From IMG/VR virus record IMGVR_UViG_3300046382_000009, positions 1 to 42,564 of that record: a stretch of DNA of 42,564 bases. One strand, 5' to 3'. The notes under the pieces are model-generated. The model saw nothing but the letters and a program-made list of their open reading frames with translations. It had not been told where the DNA came from and did no database searches. Source of the DNA: a virus. Its lineage: Duplodnaviria; Caudoviricetes. Below are positions 1 to 8,777 of the stretch, one piece after another. The translations under genes and the position numbers were made by a program. The stretch's first letter is position 1. Each line of letters opens with the position of its first letter.

Positions 1-139
1 GGTGAATGGCACTGGCGGCATCACCGGAATCTCCAGCACGATTGTTGGTCTGGTAGACGTTCCTCCAACGAATCCCCTCACGCAAGATTCCACTTCCGGA
101 GTTGGCGTTGGGGCTACTTTCAATGCCGACTTCATCGAG
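1..139. repeat. Terminal direct repeat (copy at 42426-42564); circular assembly overlap
   Basis: 1-139 matches 42426-42564 except C127/T42552 (synonymous GCC/GCT); the reading frame is continuous across the junction. Confidence 0.95.
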
Positions 140-1294
140 TCTGTTGGAGTGGTCGCTCAATATGCAGAGCCCGGTCAAAACTTCTGGACGTTTGTTGGCG
201 TGACGTTGACGGTAGGCGCTTTTGTATCGAAAACCTTTGCGCCTGTTGGGACGAACACCCATCAGTTCCCGATGATTAAGCCGACTACGTTCGACAATTA
301 CATCTGGCTACTCGATAACAAGGGAAATCTGTGGAACAGCGATGTTGGTACGACATTCATCTACAACGGCCTGAATTTCACCAATGCGTTCTCAAACTCC
401 ATCACCGATCCCATCGGCCTAGCGACTCACGCGGGGTATATCGTCGCGTTTGGCACGAATGAAGTTAGGTTCTTCACGGTAACAGGGGCCATCAATGGCT
501 CTGCCGCCTCGCCAGTGCTGGGTCTGAATGCTGGCGTTGGGTGTAGCTTTGCATTGAGCATCGCCCAACAGAACGAGTATGTTGGTTTTCTCGGCGCGCA
601 AGATTCTACCGGGATTCCAGCCTTCCTTTATGCGCCGAACACGCTGGTTCCTCAGCGCATCACCTACCCTTTGATCGACAAGATTTTCAGTGATTTGTCC
701 GCTGATTTCGTGGGCGCATCATTTATTCGTTTCCGTGGACATATCGCGTATTGCGTCACCTTTCTTTCTGTCGCTTACGTGTTCGATATTGTCGTCAAGA
801 AGTGGTATCTGTGGAATCCTCCGATCTATACCGCTGATGTCAGTAACGGTCTTGATCGGGTGGCTTACATCAATGAAGACATCGCTTATACGCTTGGGTA
901 TGACGGGCATTATTTCCTCAGCACTCTGGAGGCCCCGACCTATGCGGTAGGAGACAACTGGAGAACCGTTCCGGCGAGTGTTTATGTTCCTCTGGTAACG
1001 ACCCCTCCTGTCGACTTGGGTACGACTCGCAATAAGCAATACGAGTCCGCTGCGATGGTAGGCGATCAGGTTTACGGTTCTGCGCATCCCAATATTGCCG
1101 GGATCAGCTACAACGATAACGGCAACGATCCATCGAAATACTCCACGCCAAGAAGTGTGGACATGACTTCTCAGCATCCGATTGCCAGAAATCTTGGGCA
1201 GAGCCGCCGCCGTTCTTGGAGGGTTCAAATCCCGATTGACTGGGTGAATCGCTACGATGCCTTGGAAGTCACTTTCAGGGTGGGCGCGTCATGA
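2..1294 (+). CDS. C-terminal part of P22 gp10-like tail hub / DNA stabilization protein (begins at 41911; about 602 aa in total)
   Basis: In frame with ATG 41911 across the junction; beta-rich; C-terminal 'ARNLGQSRRRSWRV' resembles the gp10 family; follows the adaptor gene. Confidence 0.75.
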   Translation: MNGTGGITGISSTIVGLVDVPPTNPLTQDSTSGVGVGATFNADFIESVGVVAQYAEPGQNFWTFVGVTLTVGAFVSKTFAPVGTNTHQFPMIKPTTFDNYIWLLDNKGNLWNSDVGTTFIYNGLNFTNAFSNSITDPIGLATHAGYIVAFGTNEVRFFTVTGAINGSAASPVLGLNAGVGCSFALSIAQQNEYVGFLGAQDSTGIPAFLYAPNTLVPQRITYPLIDKIFSDLSADFVGASFIRFRGHIAYCVTFLSVAYVFDIVVKKWYLWNPPIYTADVSNGLDRVAYINEDIAYTLGYDGHYFLSTLEAPTYAVGDNWRTVPASVYVPLVTTPPVDLGTTRNKQYESAAMVGDQVYGSAHPNIAGISYNDNGNDPSKYSTPRSVDMTSQHPIARNLGQSRRRSWRVQIPIDWVNRYDALEVTFRVGAS

Positions 1295-1569
1295 ACAATC
1301 AACTTCCAATCGGATCAATCGCCGACCCGTTCACAGGATCGTCGTGGCAATCCCTGTTTATTGGACTGCAAAAGGCCCACAACACTGGAAACCTTTACCA
1401 GTCGTATCCTGCTGCCCAGCTTCCAAAAGGCATTCAGGAAGGGCAAACGGCATTCGCCACAAACGGCAGAAAGGTGGGTGAAACCGCCGGGAATGGAACA
1501 GGCGTTCCGGTCTATTATTCCAATGGGCAGTGGCGTGTTTATTCAACAGATGCACAGGTGACAACATGA
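1291..1569 (+). CDS. Small virion protein (tail needle/knob-like)
   Basis: ATGA overlap with the hub gene; 'NGRKVGETAGNGTGVPVYYSNGQWR' fibre-tip-like motif; occupies the position of P22 gp26. Confidence 0.55.
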   Translation: MNNQLPIGSIADPFTGSSWQSLFIGLQKAHNTGNLYQSYPAAQLPKGIQEGQTAFATNGRKVGETAGNGTGVPVYYSNGQWRVYSTDAQVTT

Positions 1570-2351
1570 GCGGCGGATGGCTTGGCGAACAGTTCAACAG
1601 AGTTCAGGGCGAGGCCGCTCGAATCGGCAATCAAGTCTACGATAACGGGCTTGGCTCTCTTGGTGGCTGGATGGGCGACCATGTCTTTGGCGACAAAGGT
1701 TTTCTGGCGGACTACACACGCGGGCTGAATACCATGTCAGCCGGTGGCGCCACAGGCACGGGCATTTTAGGCATGCTGGCCTCCCAGAAAAAAGGCTATG
1801 AGCAAGAAGGCGCCAGTTCTGGTCGCGCATTAGGAAAGGTTGGCACCATGCAAGGTGAATCCTTGCTTGCGATGCTCGCCGCGCTCGGCGGGGCGGCCTA
1901 CGGCGCTGGCTCTGCCGGAGCCTCATCTGGTCTTGGATCAGGCGGAACATTCTCGGGTGCTTTGGGCGAAAGCTCAGTAATGCCATCCTTTAGTGCTGCC
2001 GCGCCCTCTGTCGGTGGAACTGGCGTGTCTTCATTCTTTGGGTCTACGCCATCCATTGGCGGAACGGGAACGGCTGCTTTCAGTCTTGGCGGCGGAAGCA
2101 GTAGCAGTATGTTGAACGATCTGTTGAATCAGGCCATGAAACAGAAAGGCTCCAGTTCATCCAAGAGCGGACAGAGCGCGCAGAGCCTTCCAACGGGCGG
2201 CGACCAACAGGCCGCTCCTGTGGTTCTTAACGCAGCCACTTATGCCGGACAATTCTCACCATTTCCGTCTTACAATCTGTCCAATCCAACAGACTACCTG
2301 ACTTACGTGAACAATCTGTTGGGTTCTGATTCAACCAAGAGTGATGCCTGA
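1566..2351 (+). CDS. Gly/Ser-rich virion protein, probable internal/ejection protein
   Basis: ATGA-coupled start at 1566; low-complexity G/S/A composition; lies in the ejection module. Confidence 0.55.
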   Translation: MSGGWLGEQFNRVQGEAARIGNQVYDNGLGSLGGWMGDHVFGDKGFLADYTRGLNTMSAGGATGTGILGMLASQKKGYEQEGASSGRALGKVGTMQGESLLAMLAALGGAAYGAGSAGASSGLGSGGTFSGALGESSVMPSFSAAAPSVGGTGVSSFFGSTPSIGGTGTAAFSLGGGSSSSMLNDLLNQAMKQKGSSSSKSGQSAQSLPTGGDQQAAPVVLNAATYAGQFSPFPSYNLSNPTDYLTYVNNLLGSDSTKSDA

Positions 2352-2793
2352 AATGTCGATTCGTTTTCAAAAAGAAAGTTGGGTTCGGTGCTGGCCTGAA
2401 ATCAAGGTCACGGCACAGGATCACTACGCCGAAGTAGGCGAGACAGAAGGCGCTGTAAATGTTGAGGCGCTGTCCGCTCAAGAGAATTCTGGGAAGCTGG
2501 TTTGCTTCACGGTTCGGGATGGTGAAAAACTGGTCGGATACTGGTGGGGCCAGATGTTCAACAGTGAGCTTCTTGGAGGCAGTCTGTGCGCCTTTAATCA
2601 AGCGCTCTACGTGAATCAGGTTTTTCGTGGTACTGGCATTGGCAAAATGCTTAATGAATTCGTCGAAGCATCGCTGCGTCAAATGGGCGTTGTTCGTGTG
2701 TATGTCGGCTCGCGCTCACACAAGAGCATCGTGCCAATTCTGACTCACCTCGGCTATGAGGAATCAGAAGTGATTTTGGAGAAGAAACTATGA
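2344..2793 (+). CDS. GNAT-family acetyltransferase (virion morphogenesis; P22 gp14/T7 gp13 position)
   Basis: Acetyl-CoA motif 'LYVNQVFRGTGIGKML' and C-terminal 'ILTHLGYE'. Confidence 0.85.
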   Translation: MPEMSIRFQKESWVRCWPEIKVTAQDHYAEVGETEGAVNVEALSAQENSGKLVCFTVRDGEKLVGYWWGQMFNSELLGGSLCAFNQALYVNQVFRGTGIGKMLNEFVEASLRQMGVVRVYVGSRSHKSIVPILTHLGYEESEVILEKKL

Positions 2794-3353
2794 GCTTTGT
2801 CAGTGATATGTTTAGCGGCGGTGGCGGTGGCGCTCTAGGGGCCATCGGCGGCGGACTTGGCTCCATCTTGGGCGGTCAGCAGTCTTCACATGCCGCCCAG
2901 AAGGGTCAGAATGCAGCCGATCCATTTGCCTCTCAGCGCCCTCAGTATCAGGCGATGCTGTCGCAGTTGATGAGCAATCCTTCTTCGATCTACGACAACC
3001 CGGCCTATCAGGCGCAGTTGAGTCAAGGTTTGCAAGGAGTTCAAGGCAGTGCAGCGGCGCGCGGAATGTTGAATTCAGGAAACACGCTCTCCTCTCTGAT
3101 GAATTACGGACAGACCTCTGCCGCAAACTTCTATCAACAGCAAGAGCAAGACCTCGCTCAACTGTCGGGCGCAACGATTGGTTCTCCATCTGCGGCGGCC
3201 CAGTACGCGAGTGGCGGAAGTGCAGCCGCTTCTGGAGGCCTCACTTCTGGAATCGGCGGAATCTTGGGTGGCTTGGGCAGTTTGTTCGGCGGAAGCTCTG
3301 GCGGCGGATTCCTGTCGGGCCTATTCGGCGGCGGCAGTTCACTAATCGGGTGA
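2790..3353 (+). CDS. DNA transfer/pilot protein (P22 gp7-like)
   Basis: 'NPAYQAQLSQG...SAAARGMLNSGNTL...YGQ' signature; Gly-rich termini. Confidence 0.8.
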   Translation: MSFVSDMFSGGGGGALGAIGGGLGSILGGQQSSHAAQKGQNAADPFASQRPQYQAMLSQLMSNPSSIYDNPAYQAQLSQGLQGVQGSAAARGMLNSGNTLSSLMNYGQTSAANFYQQQEQDLAQLSGATIGSPSAAAQYASGGSAAASGGLTSGIGGILGGLGSLFGGSSGGGFLSGLFGGGSSLIG

Positions 3354-3356
3354 TTT

Positions 3357-4772
3357 ATGGCTGGAAATTTTATCGACAGCTTCATGCAGTCCTATACGCC
3401 AGCCCAGCCGTGGGTGAATCAGGTTGCCAACAATAAAGTTGACCTGCAAGCCAAGCAGCAACAGTTGCAGGACATGCAGCAGGCTCATGCGCTGAATGAA
3501 GTGGTTGGACAAAAGGCTGCTTATGATTTTGCCAAGCAAAAGAGAATCGACGGCATCTTGCAGCAGTTCCAGCAGCAAGGCCTACAGCAAGCCAAAGCCA
3601 TGCCAGACATTCTGGACATGCAAGCCGATGCCTTGATTGCAGGCGGCGATCCTCAGGGCGGGGCAAAGCTCAAGTCCGAGGCCGCTCAGGCCCGTAAAGC
3701 CAATCAGGAAGCCGCTGCATCGGCGCAGAAGCAACGCGAATCCACCCTGCGTTCTTTCTCAGGAATCTTCGACAAGATCAAGGATCAGGACTCCCTGAAT
3801 TCCGTGTGGCAGAACGCCGCTCCGGAGGATCAGGCGCAACTGGATGCCATTGGGTTCCCGAAAACTCTGGATCAGGCTGGTGTGCAGCGCTTGGGCCAAC
3901 TCAAGAACATGGCGCTGACTCAGCTTCAACAGGAAAAGCTAAAACAGACCGATCAGAGAATTGTCATCCAGCAGCAGCAGGCGGATACGCGCGAACGAAA
4001 TGCTGATTCCATCATTGCGGAGCGTGAACGTAAGGCGAAACTCGCCAAAGAAGGCGTGGACGCCAATGGCAAGGTCACGGCTGTCACAGAGCGACAGATC
4101 ACTGCGGCAGACGTAGCCACCCGCGAAGCAACCAAAGCCCTGAGAAACGTGGCTCACATTTACCAGAAGACGGGCTCTCCCGGCATGACGGGTATCTTTG
4201 CGCGCACCGGAAGCGGGGGCCTTTTCGGAAGTTCACAGGATTACTTTGGCGCCTCAATGAACACTGAGGAAGAAAAGCAATATGCCATCGCTATGGAGGG
4301 CCTTGCGCGCGCCGCTGGCGTACTTTCCAAGGGTGCTGGTGCATCCGTATCTCAGGGTGACTATAAGCATCTGGAAACGCAGATCACGGCGACTCAGGAC
4401 ATGAGCAAAGCCACGGCTGCACAGACACTTGCAGAAGCTCGCCAGATCGTTGAGCAGGGCATTCAAGGTCAGTTGGATCGTGCTGCATTGCAGAATCCAG
4501 CCTACTCCAAGACCCGAGCGAATATGGTTTCTGCACTCAAGCAGATTCATGAGGCCATTCCATTTACCGTGCAGGACACGACCGATTACGCCTTGTCCAA
4601 ATCCAAACTTGATTTCCCACAGTGGCTCAAGAAGGAAGGCCGCACTGGATATGATTCAGGCGACCGTATGGCCTCTGATTTTGAGGAAGGCGGCGGCGAA
4701 CCTGTTGCAAAGCCTGCCACTGGTAAGTCCATGTCGATGGATGATTATCTGAAACAACACGGAGGCCAGTAA
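3357..4772 (+). CDS. DNA transfer/ejection protein (P22 gp20-like position)
   Basis: Gln/Ala-rich helical protein directly after the gp7-like gene. Confidence 0.6.
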   Translation: MAGNFIDSFMQSYTPAQPWVNQVANNKVDLQAKQQQLQDMQQAHALNEVVGQKAAYDFAKQKRIDGILQQFQQQGLQQAKAMPDILDMQADALIAGGDPQGGAKLKSEAAQARKANQEAAASAQKQRESTLRSFSGIFDKIKDQDSLNSVWQNAAPEDQAQLDAIGFPKTLDQAGVQRLGQLKNMALTQLQQEKLKQTDQRIVIQQQQADTRERNADSIIAERERKAKLAKEGVDANGKVTAVTERQITAADVATREATKALRNVAHIYQKTGSPGMTGIFARTGSGGLFGSSQDYFGASMNTEEEKQYAIAMEGLARAAGVLSKGAGASVSQGDYKHLETQITATQDMSKATAAQTLAEARQIVEQGIQGQLDRAALQNPAYSKTRANMVSALKQIHEAIPFTVQDTTDYALSKSKLDFPQWLKKEGRTGYDSGDRMASDFEEGGGEPVAKPATGKSMSMDDYLKQHGGQ

Positions 4773-6424
4773 TGGCTGACGCAATGGTGGATGTCGAGTT
4801 GCCAGATGGCAACGTAATCCAGATGCCCTCGAATCCATCGAAGGATGATCTGGCGAAACTGCAACAGATTAAGTCCATTGCAGCACAGCGCTCGGCCGCC
4901 CCGCCGAAGGCTGCCCCATCAAAGACTCAGGACACCAGCGCTGACGAACTCGCTGCACAGTCAGCCAGTATGCGCGCGCCCGGTGGGTTAGGCCCCAATG
5001 CGGGAGCCGATGCCCTGCACGCAGTTGGAAAGTACCTGTTTGGTTCTCGTGAGAAGGTGGACAACCCTGAATTCGGGAAGAAGGCGGCGGTAGGCGCCCT
5101 TGTTGGCGCTGGCTTGCCGCTGGCGGCTCGCGGCTTAGGAATGCTGTCCATGGAGGCGGGGGCAATGTTCCCGCCCGCTGCGCCGGTTCTGGAGCCATTG
5201 GGCGCAGCCCTTATGGCTGGAGGAACTATCGCCAAGCTCATGGGCATCGGGGGTGCTGCCGGTGCTGCTGCTGGTCTTACAGAAGGTGTGAACGAAAAGC
5301 TCGGCACCTCACGCGCCACCTCTCTGGGAACGGAGATGTTGGCGGGCATGGGAGCGGAAGGTTTGATCAAGAATGCTGCACGCACCGGCAGCACGGCCCT
5401 GTACGCTGCAACCGGCAGACCGTGGCTGGCGATTGAAAAGGCCATGGGCAGAAGCCCGGAAGACAAGATCGCTGCTGCAACAACCCTGCAAGCCAAGCGC
5501 GCGGGCTCTCCAACGCCCGGATTTACCGCTACGGCCGAGAAGAATGCAGCCAGAGACTCGGTCAAGGCGGATTATGCCGCGCAAGACCCCGGCTTTGCTT
5601 CTGCGTTGAAGCAAGACCCCAAGCTGAAAGCCTCTGATCACTACATGGGCGAGATGAACCGAAACGTCAACATTGAGATGAACGCGGGCAACAAGTTCAG
5701 CGAGTCTCACGAGGCTCAGGATTTCGCTGCCAAGATCAATGTTCTGGAAGCCAAGGGCTATATCAGCAAGGCCGACGCAAAGGATTTATTCAAGAAAATC
5801 TCGACAGATCGAAGCACGAATCCGGAAGTGCGGAAAGACTACGCCACAGATATGTTCAATCTGGGCCGACAGTGGAAGGGCGACCTTACCAAAACAGGTC
5901 AATCTGCGATTGATGAGCATGTGGCTAAGCAGGTTCGAGACAGTCTGTTGGATTCCTTTAACGGATGGACGCAGCGTGTCGGTCTGGGCCGTGTAGAACG
6001 CCAGTATGCTGAGGCTTACGGCCGTGAAAAGCGCGCAGAAACCGTGGACACCATGAGCCGTATCGTTTCTCACTACGATGATCCGCTGAAAGATGACGTG
6101 CGCTCGCTTCAAACGCTGGTTCGCACAGACCCAAGCAGCAAGAAAGTCATTCAGGACTCCATTCGTGAGCATCTTGCCAACATCCCTGTGGATAAAATCC
6201 CCTCTCGCGTGGTTGCTCTCGACAAAATGTTGGTCGAAAACAAGATCATTCCTGAGTACGAATTGGCGCCTCTGCGTCAACTTGGCGTGGAAGTGAAGCG
6301 CGCCCTCAAGACTGGGCGTTCTCCCTTGGAAAAATCAGCGATGGTCAATCAGTATCTTCGCAACGCAAGCCGCGCAGGCGCAGTCTCTACTGTTGCCGGT
6401 GAGGGCGGCCGGGATAAAGAATGA
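4772..6424 (+). CDS. DNA transfer/ejection protein (P22 gp16-like position)
   Basis: N-terminal 'VELPDG' motif and a hydrophobic Gly/Ala segment; third ejection gene. Confidence 0.6.
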   Translation: MADAMVDVELPDGNVIQMPSNPSKDDLAKLQQIKSIAAQRSAAPPKAAPSKTQDTSADELAAQSASMRAPGGLGPNAGADALHAVGKYLFGSREKVDNPEFGKKAAVGALVGAGLPLAARGLGMLSMEAGAMFPPAAPVLEPLGAALMAGGTIAKLMGIGGAAGAAAGLTEGVNEKLGTSRATSLGTEMLAGMGAEGLIKNAARTGSTALYAATGRPWLAIEKAMGRSPEDKIAAATTLQAKRAGSPTPGFTATAEKNAARDSVKADYAAQDPGFASALKQDPKLKASDHYMGEMNRNVNIEMNAGNKFSESHEAQDFAAKINVLEAKGYISKADAKDLFKKISTDRSTNPEVRKDYATDMFNLGRQWKGDLTKTGQSAIDEHVAKQVRDSLLDSFNGWTQRVGLGRVERQYAEAYGREKRAETVDTMSRIVSHYDDPLKDDVRSLQTLVRTDPSSKKVIQDSIREHLANIPVDKIPSRVVALDKMLVENKIIPEYELAPLRQLGVEVKRALKTGRSPLEKSAMVNQYLRNASRAGAVSTVAGEGGRDKE

Positions 6425-8769
6425 AAATTCTGATCATTGACGATGGCGCCGAGGCACTGGATTTCTGCCTGCTTTGTAAGCGGTTCGGCCACGACATCAA
6501 GTGGTACGTCCCGCCAGACGGTAAGGACACTCTTGTCGGGAAAGGCTATCTCAAACGCGAAGCCGATTGGGAGAAGTGGATGGATTGGGCCGACCTGATC
6601 TTTCTCACCGACAACACCAAGATGCTTCGACAGTTGAGCAAGTACCGCAAACGCGGGTATCCGGTCTTTGGCCCCACATTCGAGGGCGCCCAACTGGAGC
6701 TTGACCGTGAGAAAGGACAGGAGATGTTCGAGAAACACGGCATCAAGATCATGCCGTTCGAGAAGTTCAGCGATACCGCAAAAGCTGAGAAATACGTTCT
6801 CGCCAACATGAAGCGATACGTCTGTAAGCCTTGTGGAGATGCGGCCAAGGAAATGTCTTACGTGAGCAAGTCTCCTGCGGACATGATTTTCATGCTCCGT
6901 CGCTGGAAGGAATTGGGCAAGATCAAAGGCGATTTCATTCTTCAAGAATTCGTGCCCGGCATCGAAATTGCTGTTGGCGGGTGGCTTGGCCCAATGGGCT
7001 TTGCCAATTACTTCTGCGAGAACTTCGAGCATAAAAAGCTCATGGATCAGGAGAAGGGCCCCAATACTGGAGAGATGGGGTGCTACTCTGATGATTCAGA
7101 AGTTCTGACAAAAAATGGCTGGAAGTTCTGGCCGGATGTCACGATAGCTGACGAAATTGCTTCCTTGGTAGACGGCAAGACTGTTTTCCAGAAGCCTTTG
7201 GCAGTTGTCGCGTATGACTATGTGGGCCCTATGGTTACTTGGAAGAACAGGGCCTTGGATGTCTGCGTCACTCCAAATCACAATATGTACGTCCGCTCAC
7301 AGTGGAATTTCAAGAATGACATCGACAGTTTTGAGTTTGTTCAAGCTGAAAATTGCACTCAATCACAATACGAAATTAAGCGTTCGGCAGGATGGGGTGG
7401 AGTTAGTCCGGAGTTTTATTCGATCCCTGAATATAGCTGTGGCAAAGGACTTGGCACTCAAGTGATGCCGCCCCTGCGCATTCCAATGGTTGCTTGGGCC
7501 AAGTTTCTGGGGGTTTACATCGCCGAGGGAAGTTGCGGAGCCAGCGCAAACATCGCCCAAAGTCACCCGGTTAAATCCAAAAAAGTAAGGGCCATTATTG
7601 AGGCTACAGGACTTCCATTCGCCGAGAAAGATAACGGATTTCTGATTCACCGCAAGCAGGTAGCGGCTCATCTAAAGCCACTTGGGGGATCTTGGGAAAA
7701 AAGTGTTCCTGATTACATCAAAAACGGCAGCAAGGAAATCATCGAGGCGTTTCTTGAGGGCTATGCATTAGGCGATGGCAATACGCAGGCTAATGGGTTC
7801 AGAATTTTCTATACAACTAGCAAGAAACTGTCCGACGATGTACAGGAACTACTGCTGAAAATAGGCCGAGTTGGAATGGTCAAATCCAGAGATAGGATCG
7901 GCAGGCAGAACATGCTGGCGTGCGGACGAACCATTACCTCCAGACGAATCTCTTACGAGGTGGTTGAGCGTGTCCAGAAAGTTTCTGGGTGGCTCGATAA
8001 ACGGGACAGATCAACGGAGATGTATGCAGGCAAGGTTTACTGCGCAGAAGTGCCCGGACACGTCATGTACGTCCGCCGCAATGGTAAACCGATGTGGTGC
8101 GGGAACACGGTCATCAAGTACGTTGAACTTGCACATTCCCAACTCGCCAAAGACCTCCTGATTCCGATGGAGCAAGACCTGATTAGCATGGGAATTACAG
8201 GATATGTGGACATCGCCTGTATCGTCGATGAGAAAGGTGATCCTCGCCCTCTGGAATTCACGGTGCGTCCGGGCTGGCCCACATTCAACATTCAATGCGC
8301 ACTGGTCGAGGGCGATCCTGCGGAGTGGATGCTGGATTTACTTAATGGCAAGGATTCTCACGATCCTTCAACAGACGTTGCAACAGGCGTGGTTCTGGCG
8401 ATCCCTGACTTTCCCTACGGCAAGCGATCTGACGAGGAGGTCTGCGGATTTCCCATTTATGGCCTTCCTGATCTGGACGAAAATGACTTCCATCTGTGTC
8501 AGGCGCGGCTTTGCGAGGCTCCTGCGATGAATGAAGACGAAACCAAAGTCATCACTGAGAATATTCCCTGCACTGCTGGAACCTATGTTCTCGTGACTAC
8601 CGGGCACGGCGAGACTGTTGAACAGTCCATTGAGCAAGCCTACGAAAACATTGATAAGATTGATGTGCCGAACAGCCCTTTTCATCGGACAGACATCGGC
8701 CAGCGCCTCAGACAGGATGTTCCCAAACTGCAATCCTATGGCTTTTGCGAGTCATGGACATTCGACTGA
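6421..8769 (+). CDS. PurD (GAR synthetase)-like ATP-grasp ligase interrupted by an intein (about 440 aa after splicing)
   Basis: 'MKILIID', 'LELDRE', 'YVCKP', 'FILQEFVPGIE', 'HKKLMDQEKGPNTGEMG' (compare PurD GPNTGGMG), 'LEFTVRPGWP'. Confidence 0.85.
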   Translation: MKILIIDDGAEALDFCLLCKRFGHDIKWYVPPDGKDTLVGKGYLKREADWEKWMDWADLIFLTDNTKMLRQLSKYRKRGYPVFGPTFEGAQLELDREKGQEMFEKHGIKIMPFEKFSDTAKAEKYVLANMKRYVCKPCGDAAKEMSYVSKSPADMIFMLRRWKELGKIKGDFILQEFVPGIEIAVGGWLGPMGFANYFCENFEHKKLMDQEKGPNTGEMGCYSDDSEVLTKNGWKFWPDVTIADEIASLVDGKTVFQKPLAVVAYDYVGPMVTWKNRALDVCVTPNHNMYVRSQWNFKNDIDSFEFVQAENCTQSQYEIKRSAGWGGVSPEFYSIPEYSCGKGLGTQVMPPLRIPMVAWAKFLGVYIAEGSCGASANIAQSHPVKSKKVRAIIEATGLPFAEKDNGFLIHRKQVAAHLKPLGGSWEKSVPDYIKNGSKEIIEAFLEGYALGDGNTQANGFRIFYTTSKKLSDDVQELLLKIGRVGMVKSRDRIGRQNMLACGRTITSRRISYEVVERVQKVSGWLDKRDRSTEMYAGKVYCAEVPGHVMYVRRNGKPMWCGNTVIKYVELAHSQLAKDLLIPMEQDLISMGITGYVDIACIVDEKGDPRPLEFTVRPGWPTFNIQCALVEGDPAEWMLDLLNGKDSHDPSTDVATGVVLAIPDFPYGKRSDEEVCGFPIYGLPDLDENDFHLCQARLCEAPAMNEDETKVITENIPCTAGTYVLVTTGHGETVEQSIEQAYENIDKIDVPNSPFHRTDIGQRLRQDVPKLQSYGFCESWTFD
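7081..8106 (+). mobile_element. Intein with LAGLIDADG homing endonuclease (342 aa)
   Basis: Starts 'CYSDDSEVLTKNGW'; block B 'VTPNHNMY'; LAGLIDADG motifs 'FLGVYIAEGS' and 'FLEGYALGDGN'; ends 'VYCAEVPGHVMYVRRNGKPMWCGN' followed by +1 Thr. Confidence 0.93.
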
Positions 8770-8777
8770 GATAAAGC

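Noticed and set aside
1-139. Biological terminal repeat
   Set aside because: It falls mid-gene and its length fits an assembler overlap; treated as a circularisation artefact
6421-8769. Purine-biosynthesis auxiliary gene or Z-base/PurZ system
   Set aside because: The protein is ATP-grasp PurD-like, not PurA/PurZ-like; no other nucleotide-modification genes or phage polymerase were seen
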